Of a stretch of DNA of 64,000 nt, positions 39,427 to 54,220 are shown piece by piece (the stretch's first letter is position 1; each line of letters opens with the position of its first letter). Where the stretch lies: positions 8,944,011 through 9,008,010 of the forward strand of contig NW_002060945.1 of the NCBI RefSeq assembly GCF_000150275.1, given 5' to 3'. The translations under genes were made by a program, and so were the position numbers. The notes under the pieces were generated by a model. The model had not been told where the DNA came from. It saw nothing but the letters and a program-made list of their open reading frames with translations, and ran no database searches. Source of the stretch: Trichoplax adhaerens. Lineage: Eukaryota > Animalia > Placozoa.

Positions 39427-40402
39427 ACTCCAGATGATATCAGACAAGCTTCGTACCCAGTACTCAATAGAAAATGGTAAAGACTTGTTACAATTGGATA
39501 CAACCAAAAAGAGGTTGGTATGACGTTAGAACAAGGCGAGTTATTGAAGATTTAATAATCAGCTGATTTTGCATAGATCGACGATTACAGCAATGCTTGA
39601 CCTCTGTGAGCTCTTCTCCTATTGGCTAAAGGTAAGTAAACTTAAATTTTAAAACGTTAATTATCTATAGCAACGGGCCTATTTTTATTTCTGTATAGGA
39701 TGCCGACTTAGTTAAATTGGCTATCATTTTAGCACATTGCGACGATCAAAAGGACGTTTCAAGATTTTTAGATTCAATTTCTTCACATGAAAAGGTATTT
39801 ACTATTGCACTAGTTCCTTTGATATTTCAATTTCTTTATTATTGATAGCACCTTTTTATTTGCAGGCTTTAAGGTCTATACACGAATGTTTAGATCTGCA
39901 TAATGATTTACACAACTCAGGTATGGGATAATTTATATTTTCTCGAAAGAATCTGAGATAGATGAATAATTTTTTTTATTATTTAGGCTATCGTAAAGGT
40001 AGAACTACGCTAGATGGTGACTTTATAAACGATATGTACTTCATCGGATCATTTTTTACTGGTGATGTCAGTGTTAGCAATTCTGATATCTGCAGGCGTC
40101 AGGGGTAAGTCTACACGTAATAATTAAAGTTGAAATATCAAGTTGGAGCGTCCTCATAATTACACACTTATTTTAAATAAGACTGACGACAGACGAATAT
40201 ATCAAATTAGTCAAACAAAGACCGATTTACAGGTATACGTGTACCTTGATTGCCATCAATTACATAATGCTTCTACCGTAGAAAATATGGAAGATATTGA
40301 TCGTATAATTCATGTATGCTGAGTTAATTTTCGATTATCTTTAGGACACATCTATGTCAGCAATTTTTGGAGGGAAGATTGGAAAAAATTGTAAACGCAT
40401 AA
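39427..40402 (+). CDS. Seven-exon in-frame C-terminal extension of COASY (~173 aa), degenerate HD/COG4339-like domain (tentative)
   Basis: GT-AG exons 39427-39513, 39577-39631, 39699-39794, 39866-39920, 39987-40104, 40182-40232 and 40345-40402 have matching phases and no internal stop. They join to the donor AG|GTAAAT at 39363/39364. The domain assignment is by eye. Confidence 0.75.
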
Positions 40403-43400
40403 CTTGTATATTTTTGTTTAAAGTTCTGGATGTGACTGATCAAAGTTTCTGAAGTAGCTAAGAAATAATTATTATATTCTATTAATGTGCTACACTTGGT
40501 ACTTTAAATAGGTGAAATTATTGAAGTAATACGCTGTAGAATACAATTCTTTAGTTGTTCTGATTGGGCGCTCTTTAAAACTACCTTCATAATTTTGTTT
40601 TTGCGCCATTAAGCGTTCTTTGTAAGCTATTAAAATTGTTATTTAAATCTTATGACATATCTTGGCGGGCATCGAAATCTATGCACTGTACTTAGGACTT
40701 TCTACTCTTAAATTCGAAATACAAACCTGCAGTATGTCTACAACCTTAAGGATTAAATAATAAATTGCGATAATTATTTTTTATTATATTAGTTGACCTT
40801 TATGGGCAACATTTATAGCTGATGTTTTATAATACATTTCAATCTTATGAAACGTTATAAATAAAATTGGCATATAATCATCCTTGTTCTATTTTGATAA
40901 ACTCATATGATATAAAATTACAGAGGAGAAGATCAAATGAGCATACAGGAGTGATTTGGAAATAGAGTAATTCATAAAGAAACTACCACATTAAACTCGC
41001 ATCAATATATCCCACAGTATACGTTATACATCTAAAACTAGTAATGCAAGGCATTCAACAATATTTTTTAATATAATTACTTTTTGCCCGCAATTTCATT
41101 CGTCAGGGATAATACTTGCTACTAATCATTATAAAACAATTGTTGAAGCCAGCATCGTTTTTTCTCATATAATAAACTGATAGGTAACTTGTTATCTAAT
41201 GCACCGATGAATTTCTCGTAGAAACTAGGGTACATATATATGTTAGACCATATCAGTGAGTAAATTAGCTTTTTCAATGCTTAGATATCACGATTAACTT
41301 TCTCAATCATTTATTACTGTTTCTGTAACGATAAAATTTTTACGAATACAACAAATTGAGTAATATATTTTCACTCTAAAAAATATAAATACACATGTTT
41401 AGTATTTACTATTTGTATACAATACGATTTGATATAAATAGTGAATTTTTAATATATAGTCATAACTTTTTTAAGTATAGACAATAATGCATTTTCTAAT
41501 AGTTTAAAATATAATGTTCGAGTATTTTCATATATTTTTAAGTAATAATATGTTGAACTGCTTTATAAAATATTGCAGTACTACAGTATCATAAATTAAT
41601 TAGGAAGTTGTGGTAGATTTTACAAATTATCTAAAGCCTTTCATCGTCTAATTAACGCTATTCGAGCATTGACTATTCTTAATGAGTAGTAGTTATCAAA
41701 GAATATATCGTGATAGTGATGAATTATAACGTATCTAACCTGTAGAACTTGCTACTTTTTTATTATATCGGCATATTTATACTAGTAGTCTTCCTGTTTC
41801 AATAAATATATGTACAATTATAAAGAAATAACGAATGCTCCCAAGAGATTCTTAAACAAATAAAATGAAATATTACGTAAATATTTTATGACGATGTCGT
41901 TGAATATTGGGCTGTGTAATATAATAGATTAATAAATGATTATCGAGAAGAAATTTATAAGCTCTACATAATATCAATGGAATGATTGACATTTTAGAAT
42001 TACCTTTTAGGTTATCTACGCGTAAAAATATTTCTTTATTGTAATATTTAATGTAGACATAAATTATATTTCTGATCGATGGTGACAATCAATTATATGT
42101 AGCTTGATCATGAAGGTAATACATATGAGAGATTCGATCTTCTGTATTTGGTCTATCATCATGTAAAAAATATCTCAATAAATGCTTGATCTAATTGTAC
42201 ATGAATAAATATGAGATAAATTTAAATTGTAGGCCTCTAATGACTGAGAATGCGATAGCTTAATTAGTGGAAAAATAATAATTGAAAGGAGTATGGTTAA
42301 TTTATCCAGAATATGTAATGAAAATTGTTTACTATTCATTTTAGGGATCAACATTTAAATACTACCGAACTTCCTACTTCCGATAACGATCAAATTAACG
42401 GTATAAAATTTATAAAGTATGTTAGTTGGTAAGTAAGTCGCGATATTTACTATATTGAGAAAAGCGAACAATCTTTCCTTCAATATTATGTCTATCGTAT
42501 CGTTATCATAATCGAGTAGGGAACTTTTCTTAAAAAGTCAAGTATGATAGTAAAAATTATTGATAATGTCGATGAATATATCACACGCACAATACCATTT
42601 TGCTTCAATCAAATTATTGATCATGCAATAGGAAATGAGTAAAAAATTGAGTTATTCTAAAAATCTGTATTAATGAATACAAGCGATCTATTTATATAAA
42701 TCTTCAATTCCGTATTGTATTGAAGAAATCCAGTTATTCGACTTGTGCGGCCATCAATAAGTAAATGAATGTAATTGCATGCATGACAGTATTCTAAACC
42801 TTATTCAACGCTTAATAGATGTATTTTACAATATGTTACTTATGTTATAATTGACAATTTATTAATTTCTACTTTGCGTAGGCGTTATATCCTATTTAAA
42901 GGAAAAAACAAAAAATATATAAGAATTCAAGTAATCAACATAGCATGAGATGTCAAGAGAAGGAGTGGAAGAATTAGAAATGATCCAAATCAAGTAATGA
43001 ACAGATTATTGAAGAGTTTAACAATATTACAAAAATAGAATGGAAAATGGAAGGGAAAACGGAAAAAGCATAAACAATAAAGAAAGAATAAAAGAAAAAA
43101 ACATTCACTTATTACAATTAATAGCAGTTATCCACGCGACAAGAAAGTACTTGCAAAAAAATTTAAAAATAACTGAATACCGGTATTAAATTAGTTTTTG
43201 GCAAGATGACTTGGGATTGGATATGGTTTTCAAGAAGTTAGCTGGTAATATCCGAAATGCGTGACTGATTGAAGTGTTAACTAAAATATGATTGGCTATG
43301 ATAGATTTTAGGTATAGAAAAAGAAAAAATTATTAGGAGATAAAATAACATAAGGACGGATTATGTAATAAGAATTGTCCTCTGTATTAGTATAAAAAAT

Positions 43401-46400
43401 GGATTGAATTTTATAACTTTGAATATCTTTTCGATATTAGTTCCAAATTTACAGTTAATTTAAGCAAGGAGTAAAATTTAAATGTGAATACTGTAACTTA
43501 TTAATAGTGTAAACTTTGACTTTTCTAATAGGGTTCTATCCCTTGTTTTTACTATTACCCTAGCAATGTAAATTAATGAACGGTTTACACTACGAACTAA
43601 TAGAATTAATAAGCATGTTGAAGTGTATAGTGATGAAAGACGTACCTACTGAATAATTTATACTACGGATTGGATTTCTCTTTAAAGAATTATTTTACAC
43701 TTGCTATTCTATCCGTAAATAGTAACACGGAAATTATCGATTAAATGATATCTTAAGGCTATAAATTATTGTTCCCTATTTGAATTTTTTTTTATTTGAT
43801 ATATTATAATTAATTCGTACAATATATCATGATTAGTTTATCGAAAATTAATTTTTCCATCAATCATTACTTTTTTCTGGTGGATCTGAGTTGTTTGTTT
43901 TATATTATAATTTTACTGTATTTAGTATAGCAATCTAGCATTCGAATGCTATTCTACTATAAAGAAGAACGATGTGGTGGCAATAGGAAATACATTGTGT
44001 TACCGTTAATCAATTAGAATGAAGTAATAATTCATCTACTACCGGATGAAAATTTAGAAAAGAAATGATTGGTATATTCCAGTCAAGAAATTTTGAATGA
44101 TTTATATTTAATTCCTGTCTAGCTTAAAATTTTTATAATACGGAATTGATATTTTAAAGAACTGCTATTTTAATTAGTACCAGAATCGCTTGTCTATATC
44201 CAAGTTATCTTCCTCTGCAGGATCTATATATCTCAATACTACCTTTGCGTTACTCTACTCTATTACTGCTAGTACTTGTCGATCGATCGATTCAGTAGAG
44301 ACGAAGCAATTGTAGCTAGTCAAGATTAGTAAATTGACTGCAACAGTTAATATTAGGCCGTAGGCTAGTATCATGATAGCCTAACAAGTTCATTCGTTAT
44401 ACCTAGGTATCTTCTTAACTTACTGCAAATGATAATCAATTCCGTAGTATATTTTCCAACGGATATTTAGAGTAGTAAAAAAACGGAATTGGCCCTGCCC
44501 TAAAAATAAAAAATTATACAATCCTATTTGCATTTGAATTTAGTGATGGCATTGAATGATAATCTAAGTTCAAAGTACATAATGGTGTAAAGTATTGAAA
44601 TATTAATTATCCGCTTTTTTGTGTTTGTGTTTATTGCCGGTAGCTTCTATATAACTATTTTGTAACGTGTCAGTCTGTCTCTCTCCCCTCTCTCCATCTC
44701 TCCGTCTCAGACAATCTGCAATCCGGTTTAATTTGTTTTTTACCTCTATAGCCATCATCTACGAGCAATATCTATCATTAGGGTCAAACAAATACGCATA
44801 GGGTATACGACAAAATGATTTGTCTGCTCTTACTGATTTTAATTAATCAAGCCAATTGGACCTAGAATGGTATTGTCGATAGAGAGAATCGATGATAGCA
44901 ATATTGTCTGTATTGATCTTTCTTTTTATCATTGTTCATCAACAATAGCGTCTATCAATACAATGACGACATCCAATTGTAGGATTACTATAGTAACGGT
45001 CCAAGTTGAATAGCAAAGGGATAATTGCGTGGTAGTTAGAACAATAGACATAACGTTTTGGCGCTATTGTCCTCTGTTATCGATACCTGCCCCCTCTATT
45101 GATAATAGTTAACAGTACGGTAGAGGCTATAAATAACTACAATTTTGGGCCATGGATAGCTATAGATGTGTCTAGAGGCAGAGTAGTAATCAAGTCAAGT
45201 TATTGATAGCGATGATGGATATGGTATAAAGGCCAAGAGAGAGAGGCAGTAAGATTGAGATAGAAATTAAGACGGTGTGAGAGAGACAGAAAGGTGGAAA
45301 AAGAATCGGAAGAAATTTATACAGGATCTAATCTACAGGCAATAAGAGAGAACATTTCAACTATACTATTAGTTGCAATAAGAGACAATCGATTGGAATA
45401 TTGGCATATACATTCAGGCAAGATTGCAAACTATTAATCGATTCAAGGAATAAAAATTGATGAACTGTATATTCGACCTATCATTCGGTTAGTAATAGGC
45501 ATTTCTATCCCGTTGTAGAAGAATGACATAGATTTGTAAATAGGTGCTAAATAGATCCTACTACTTGCATTCCCAATCTTTTTTCATTTTTTTAAATCTT
45601 GAATCGAATTTTCTGGATCATCGTTACTGTTATATCGTGCTTATTTCTACTGGATAATTTTGGATGATAGAATAAAAAATAGAAATGGAATATTAGGATA
45701 ATTTCATACATAGCTCAAAGAGTCATGAGATGTTGTTTCAGTTTTATCCAATCAACATAGAGTAAAATGATATTGATTTTTTTTTCCTGATGCATGACAT
45801 TTTATTGGCAGTTGTTATTTTATTTTTCTATCTTTCAAGATGCGGTTCTTTCAATACAAGAGTCAGACAGTATTGATTGCTTTTTACCCATACCATAGTT
45901 GCGTTATCCATTACAATCTGGCGATTAATGATGACTATTTTACATAAAAGGATATCCAATTATATAACACTACTAATATTAAAATCAAGCATTTTTTCCT
46001 CTCTCTCTCTCTCTCTCTTATTCTCTTTTTCACCTACGTTCACAAACTGTTTAGATAATCATATCCATTTCTATGAATCTCTTTAGCATCAAAACTACGC
46101 GATCGACTTGATGCAGACTTGATACTATCTACCTAAACTGACTTGATAACCTCCTACTTTCAACATAACGTAGACTATCATCGCTTTCTCATCTCTTTAG
46201 CATTTTTGCGCGGTCTATCGAATCGAACAGATTCCAATATACAGTAGTTTTATCTTATGTTAATAATTAATCGTGGAAAAATCCTTTGGAAATACGTTTT
46301 GACCAATAGTACTAATATGATAGTAGATTAGCAATGGGTTTCAAACGAAGTGACGCTATTCTATCGACAACTTCATAATATTACCTACAACTTAATAAAC

Positions 46401-49400
46401 AGCTGTTGAACAAATAGGATAAATCATGTAACATGATCTATCCCTTCATCATTGTACACCACACACAAGATAATATTACTTTAAAGTACAAAACAAGTAA
46501 AATTCTAATTTTGCGCTGGAGGGGGTTACCAATCTCAGTTCTATCGCCACTTTTACAGAACAATCTTTTATTGCAAACTTCACTTCAGGTACTGGATATT
46601 AGTCTAATTTAGATTACAAGAATTATGTACACTAACCCATACGGTCGATAAAATTCATCATTTTATACAAAGTGTAAAGAATAAAAAATCACCGACAGGA
46701 AAGGAGCCTCATTAATAAAAAAAACGATTGGTTACACTGCAATAGATCCGGCGTTGATGAGACTGTTGCAGGTGTAATCAATTTTTATATTTTATTGATC
46801 TTTACGCGTGAAAAACGCCAAAGTAGATATCCGGTCGTCAGTAAGCTTAACTTGTAGGAAGAGTCTTTCGGAAGCGAAATTTCAGTAAGTTGTGTTGATT
46901 TTTTAGCCATTATCCATTTCCTTTTATTTTATTTTCCTCCTTTATTTGTATCTTGGTTTCGTCAATTAATTCTCGGCTCTCTATTTCGTTATTGATCTCA
47001 ATCTTTCTCGTTTTTCTCCCTTCCCCATCTCTCTATCCTTTTCTACTATACGTACGTATTTATATGCATTTTATGAGACTAAGATTGACTGTTTGACATC
47101 ATCTTCTTACTCGCTCCATCTCATTTTCTAATATTGCAATCAATTCCATTACGTATGTAGTTATTGGCAGAGGCGAGGTATCAGTTGTGGCTTTGTATTA
47201 TTATAAACTATTGATATAACTCTCTCGTTATACCATTAAAAGCGATAACTGTAATTGGATGACCACGATTAGTTTGATCAAATCAATTTGACATATTCAA
47301 ATGAGTTGATCGACTTATCTAAATTACATAAGTTAACTCGAGATAACGATAGCACCTTCTATTGTTGGGGCAATAACCTCCGTGACATACACATTAAAGT
47401 CGTTATATAATTTGCTCTTAATACAAATAACAAGATTTATTTTTTTATTGAAGTCATCTTGAATTATTTCTTTGACGTGACAGCTAAGTTATTCAGATGC
47501 TTGGAGCATGATGATGACAATAATCCGTGTTAACGTAGTGTTGACATGTAATGGAAAGTTTACCCATAACTAAATTATCTTGTACAAGAATTGACTTTGA
47601 CAAACTTTCAATGATCAATACCAAAAATTAAGTTATGATGCATTGGATCTTTTACCGTTATTTAAAGAAGCTACGCTACATTATACAAGAATTGGTACGC
47701 TATTGCACTTTCATTGCCGTCGTTAGATCTTGCACGAATATGTTTTGTTAATATCGATAGTACTACTGTTGATTCTTATAGTGTAAGAAGAAATCAGATA
47801 CTACAACTAATATATTGTAACTTTTAAGCTTTGCAAATAGTTATGCAGTCATAAATAGTCTAATGGAACTTATTTGTAGCTACTGAAACAAGTCGAAGTG
47901 AATCTATCATGATTTCTCTATCACACAGACGGTTGCATGATAGTTTCAATAATTTTTTTCTAAACCATAGCCATGCAGTTATCAACAGTGTTATAAACTT
48001 AATTCTACGTTTTATAGATCAGGTATAGAGGTCAAGGTTGTTAACTCTAGTTTAATTTGCTACCGTTGTTCGCTGCTATAACCAAGTAGTTCAAAGGTGA
48101 AGAAGACTTTTAAGATGGTGATGTAATAATCTTTCAACCTTGATTGAGACTGATTACACGACGCTCGGTTCGGGCAGAAAATGAAAGATTTAAATATATA
48201 GCTTACTTGAAAACCTCGCAGACGGAGAGAGTATAGCGTAGTTTTATAAGGAATTACTATCCAGTATTTGCTATAAAAGGGTATTTCTGGAATGGCTTAT
48301 ATGCTATTAAGGATGACATACTTCACGATAGGATAGGTTAGTTAGTGATTGAGAATTGCAGTTCGACTCTATTGCTTACTTTCACATTAGTCATGATAGT
48401 TATTATAATCTCCTCTAATAGTTGACCGTTATAGAGATCTTGTCAAGAGCAAGCTATCTCGAAATGATGATTGACGAATGTGTTTTTTCGATTCATTTAT
48501 ATAAATTAAGTTGAATTGGAATAACGATACTGGTTCAAAAAATTAGATGATTAGTTATTAGAAAAGCTGTCAAGAAATACAGAAGACAGAATATTCACAT
48601 GAAGAACCTAGTAGAAATTTACCTTTAATGCTGATAGTAAGCATGGAGTCATGAAGTAGATTAAATCATTTAAGCTACATTTATATAATCTTACTATTTC
48701 AAAGGAGTAAAATGCCTTTTTATGGGTTGATAGATGCGTAAAATAGAATACTGTATCTGGTAGTTGGCAAGATTGAATAATGCTATAATATTAACTCATT
48801 CAACGTTACTGTAAAGAGTTTAGATAATTTATAGAATGGCAAGTGCTTTAGGTGGCTTGGGTTACATATGACTTGATGAATAATTATAATTATAATAGAA
48901 CGTATTGAAGGTTAACTATTGCAATTTCGACGTAGCATCAATATTTGATCTTGCTTTAAACGGTAATATCTACATTGTGCTGGATAATAAGGAACAGTAA
49001 GCAAAATGAAATAGTACCGATAGTTACTACTGTGTTATAGAATTTACTAGTTCTGTTTATGATAGCGAAGAGATGAGGTTAAACATCACTTCTTGATTTA
49101 TTTTATTTGATTATTGCAATCTTGATGCTATATTGAGAGCTAAAGCTGCTTCATGGGATTCACCTATCAGACGGACAATGATGACCTTAGAGTGTGAAGT
49201 TGAGCATTAAAAAATATGGTTGGTGATCACTAAGCTAGTCAATGGATGGAAAGAATTATAACTTCGTTTTAAATTACGCATAGACATGGTAAAATGGTTG
49301 AATTTACATATTGTAGTATCCATATTCAGCCTCGACTATACACCATTTATAACTTAGTCTGTATATGATATCAGATAGAAAAGCTTTGCATTCAATAGCG

Positions 49401-51129
49401 ACCCTTCAATTCTAGTAATAATTATGATATATAATTGCATTATTAGCGTTGCTAAAAGCCGTCAAAACCAAATATCAATATCAACCATTGGACTGTTAAC
49501 TTGGCTGATAATAGCTACGCGTAAAACAGTTACGATATAGAATTGATAACTACTTGCGTTATTTCGAGTTCAACTTGATCAAATGGTTGAATAGAGCAAT
49601 ATTGCAGCTATATGAATAGTGAATATGATTTTATAGACTAATAGGCAACTTCGATAAAGTAAATTGTCGCATTTTTACACACATGTAAGCTCTATTCTCA
49701 GTTAAGATAGGAAAGACATTCTATTAGATGCTTTTTTTATGATTTCGATAAAATAATAATTCATATCATAATATATTGGTAAGTTCTAATCCAAGTTAAC
49801 ATAGCAGAGACATAGCATTAGAGAATAAATTCATGGTCACGATAAAATAATGTTAGTACTTAAATACGGATCTATAAGCCTTAACTTTTTGTTAGCATAG
49901 CCAAGACATGAAATACGACGTTAATTGAATGGTTTCAACAAAATAATTGAGCACCTTATAACGGATTTGTAAGCTTTAACCTTAATTAAGAGATTCAAGA
50001 CATGAAATTAAATGTGATTTAAGTGTTTAAATGGCTTATAGGTTTGATAAACTTCATTGAATTATTGCGGTCTCGATAGTCTATTAAGAATAAATCCTAC
50101 TTCATAGGTTAGTGTGTACTAATCAACTGAATAATAAACGATCTAAGACGCTGTGGCATTGCGTATTGTAAACATTTAACGGTCAGTAATGCCCTGACTA
50201 GCCGACCATTTTAATTTTTCCCCCGAATAAGATATGGAGGTTTTTATCTATTGCAATGTTTTAAACTGCAATCTTAAACGATCAAAGCTATTTATGTCTC
50301 GATCAATGATGTTGAGCAAAATAATATTCCAAAAATTAAAAATTAAGCCATTCAACTTGACTGTTGATGATTCAAATCTTTCAGACATGCAACTAACAAA
50401 CGTTCCAGTTATTAAAGTTAAATGTATTCTGGACACAGAATAAGTAGAATAATTAAATTAGCGCAAACTTAACATTACATTAAGAGATGATCCTATTTAA
50501 TAGATCGATCTGATCGCAATAGTAGATAAGATCGATAATTAAGGTATAGGGATGGGAGAACATTTTTAGTTTGATTTTTACCAATAGTGCATAGACTTGG
50601 TGCTATGATTCGATTATTACATTACGCATTAAATTGCCAGTACCATTTGATAAGCTAATACATGTCTAACGGTGGATCTGTTATTAGGCAAGATTGAATA
50701 ACAGTTCATATTAATCATATTTTATTTGTCGCCCATGCTATTGTTTTTTTCTTCTATTGGGTTGGATTGCTTGCATTTTCATCCATCCGGCCTGTCCTTG
50801 ACAAAAAAGTATTGAATAACTATTTCTATACATCTTGTAAGCGTTTATAGTGGAATTGATATTGGCTGTAGCTATGTATTGACAAATGATTGAATAGTAG
50901 CCTATGTCTAATAACTGATTCTAGAATCGTGCGGCTTGAGATGAATAGCCAATGGTATAGAATAGATTGAAAGGAGACGGCGACTGTTGTATAGAATGTC
51001 AATAACAGCAGACATTAGCGATCTTTTCTTCTAGTTATATTGATCTTTCTTTCAGTATGAGCATAAAGAGAGAGAAAGAGAGAGAAATATGTACTAAGGA
51101 AAGGATACGCTTAAGTAGTACATTAATCA

Positions 51130-52110
51130 TAGTCGACTAGACCCGTAAAAAAAATATCAACATTCTACAGAATAGCATCGATAGTCTACAAGCAACATAA
51201 TAACTATCAATCATAGCGCTTAAGTTCAATAGAAGCTTTAATAGAGCTTTAAAATTAATATCATATAGAATAGGATTACTAATCGATAAGGAGAATAATT
51301 TTGCTGTTTTCATGTTCAAAGTGGAATCCAGGTTGTACAGAATAGCATTGATAACCGACAAGTGGAATAATTACAATCATTACTTTAGTTCTATTCAAGA
51401 TCTAATAGAACTTTAAAAGTAAAAGTCAATACATGCAGAATAGAATTACTAATTGATAAGTAGAATAATCAGAATAGTTTTGCTGTAGCCATTTCAAAGT
51501 GGGATTATTCCGCAAAAATAAAATCTATTGTATACAGATAGGATTGATAAGTCGAATAATTATAATCATTATTATTACTTATATTTATGGTGTAAAAAAA
51601 CTTTAAAAGTAAAACCAATATCATACAGAACAGGATTACTAATCGATAAATAGAATCATAATTTGCTATAGCTATTTTCAAAGCGAAATAAACCCGCAAA
51701 AATAGAATCCATTTCGAAAATAGAATAATTACTATCGTTATTTTAGTCATATTCAAAGTTTAATAGAACTGTAAAAGTAAAGATCAATTTGATAGAGAAT
51801 AGAATTGATAGTCTACGATTAGAAGAATTATAATAATTCGCTGCAGTCATATTCAAAATGAATAAACCGACAAAAATACAATCTATTTGGTATAAAATAG
51901 GATTGATAATTGACTAGTAGAATAATTGCAATCATTATTATAGTCATATTTAAATTTAATAGAACTTAAAAAGTAAAAATCAATTTGATAGAGAATAGGA
52001 TTGATAGTCGACAAGTAGAATAATTAAAATAATAATAACTATTGCTTTAGTCATCTCTAAAGTCCAACAGACCGGCAAAAATAGAATCAATATTATACAA
52101 ACTCGGATTT
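51130..52110. repeat. Degenerate AT-rich tandem repeats
   Basis: Recurring AATAG(G/A)ATT(ACT/GAT)A..GATAAGTAGAATAATTA and ATAGAACT(T/G)TAAAAGTAAAA motifs. Confidence 0.7.
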
Positions 52111-53119
52111 GATACCCTAGGAGTTAAAAAAGAATAACCATTGTATTTATAACCTTTCTGTTCTTATTTCCTTTAATGATGTTAACTAGGTGGTAAACGA
52201 CGATACAAGTAAATTCTAACTCGTGTCGACTGGTAATAACAAAACATCAATTTGAATTAATTGAACTTGGATCCAATCATTACTGAAGAAATAGAGATTG
52301 TCATTAGTGGGCAAAAAAATCATTTTCAACTTCATTTAAGCTTAACTAGGGTAATTTATAATTGTTTACATGACTGCATTTTTAGACGTTGCATGACCAA
52401 TATTATGCTTGGTTCAATAGATCATCAAGTTGACATCGACTTTCCTTGTCAAATCTTTTTTTGCTAAAGGAAGAATTCAATTTAATTGCATTTTTGTCTT
52501 GATCTCTTTGCTAGGAAGAGAAGGGAGAAAAAGTCAATTCAACCAAGTACCAACAGTTATTGGATGAGCACAAATTCTAGTCGAGTGTAAAAGGCTTGTG
52601 GATTTTGTTTGATTATTTGCAAATTGATGCTAAATTATTTGCCCACCAACTAACCGGATTCTATCAGCAACTTTCATCTCACATCTTGGTGGTATTTTAA
52701 CATTGGAATTGGATCTTCTCTAAATTGATTATTTTTAATAAATTGAATTTTCATGAAGTAGCTGCACTACTACTACCAACAATCCCAATTCAATTGCAAT
52801 ACTCCACTATTCCTACCTGATCTAGTAGTCATGGCATCGCGTCCACAATGTAAGTCAAATCTGTAAATAAATTATTGCTCATCTTAGCGATATGTATTTT
52901 TTAAATCTTTCATTTCAACAATGAATCAAGACACACATTTCATCTTGGCAACCTTCGTAAAAGGTGACCATTTCATTTTTTTCTCTATCTTGACGCATTT
53001 TGTTTTAGGGATCGTTCAAACTGTATTTTTGTTTTCTATTACTCGTCTTGAAAATAGATTAATTTCATTTTCAAAAATATTCTTGTTAACAAGAATGGGA
53101 AACGATCAATCATAAATTC

Positions 53120-54220
53120 ATTGGACGATGAGTTTGAATGAGCACTTGTCGCTTTAAAAATCAAGGATGATTATAGGCTATTTCAAATATCATAAACGAT
53201 CAACCATGAATAATTTGACGAAGGGCTTGAATCAACACTTGTCGCAGTAAAATCAAGGATGATTATGGACTATTTCAAATATCATATATTATCAGCCATA
53301 AAATAGATAAATGTAAATGGATATTTAAACAGTAACCGATCATGTAGAATTGTGCAATCTACTATACTTCTATTAATATAGATATAATAGCCATTATGTT
53401 CTACCTTGACGATCTTGACCGACATGTTCTATTTAAACAAAAACTAATCCGAATCCATAGGCCATCGGTCAATGATTATGATGACGGAAAATTTTACTAT
53501 ACACTATAGCAGTTATCAAACTCCTTCATCATAACTTTAATCAATACAACAACTAATTCATATCGATCGTTATACGGCCTATGATAATGCAGATGTAAAA
53601 TTTTGCAATCTACTATTATAGCCATCAATCTTCATTATTGCGATCGTAACCGAAATAAACTATGAGCACAATAATTCATCAAAACCGATATTGAAAGGGT
53701 AGATAATTATGTCGGTGACTAATTTAGCAATCTACTACTGTAGCCATCCATTTCTATAGTCATAACCTTCCTTAAATCAACATATTCTAGTAATACAGTA
53801 CAATATTTTATCAAAATCGATATTGAGTAACGGTATGATAGTGATTATAGTGATGAAGAATATTGCAATCGACTATGATGGCTATAATCAACTTCTTATG
53901 TCGACAAAACAACTAATCCAAATCGATAGTTTGACGCTAGATGATGTGGATAAATAATTTACAATCTATTATAATAGCCATCACTTTCCATCATGTCCAT
54001 AATCAACCTATTCTGTTGGCATAATAACTAGTTCAAATCGATATTTAGACGGCAGTCGATGATATAGATCAATAATTTTACAATCTACAATAATAGCCAC
54101 CCAACATTATCATTTATCAAGCCCAAATCGACATATTTTATTAAACGACCGGTTAAAATGGATAGTCAAACGTTATACGACTATATCGATGGATAATTCT
54201 GTAATTTACTATACTTTTAT
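53120..54220. repeat. ~95-bp duplication (53120-53300) followed by degenerate ~120-bp tandem units
   Basis: CACTTGTCGC..AAAATCAAGGATGATTAT..CTATTTCAAATATCAT occurs twice. (T/A)(G/A)CAATCTACTA..TAGCCATC and AAATCGATA recur about every 120-190 bp. Confidence 0.65.

Noticed and set aside
39434-40402. Extension as an independent gene starting at ATG 39434
   Set aside because: Not excluded, but the ATG is only 66 nt after the COASY short-form stop, leaving no room for a promoter, and an in-phase donor/acceptor pair links the two.
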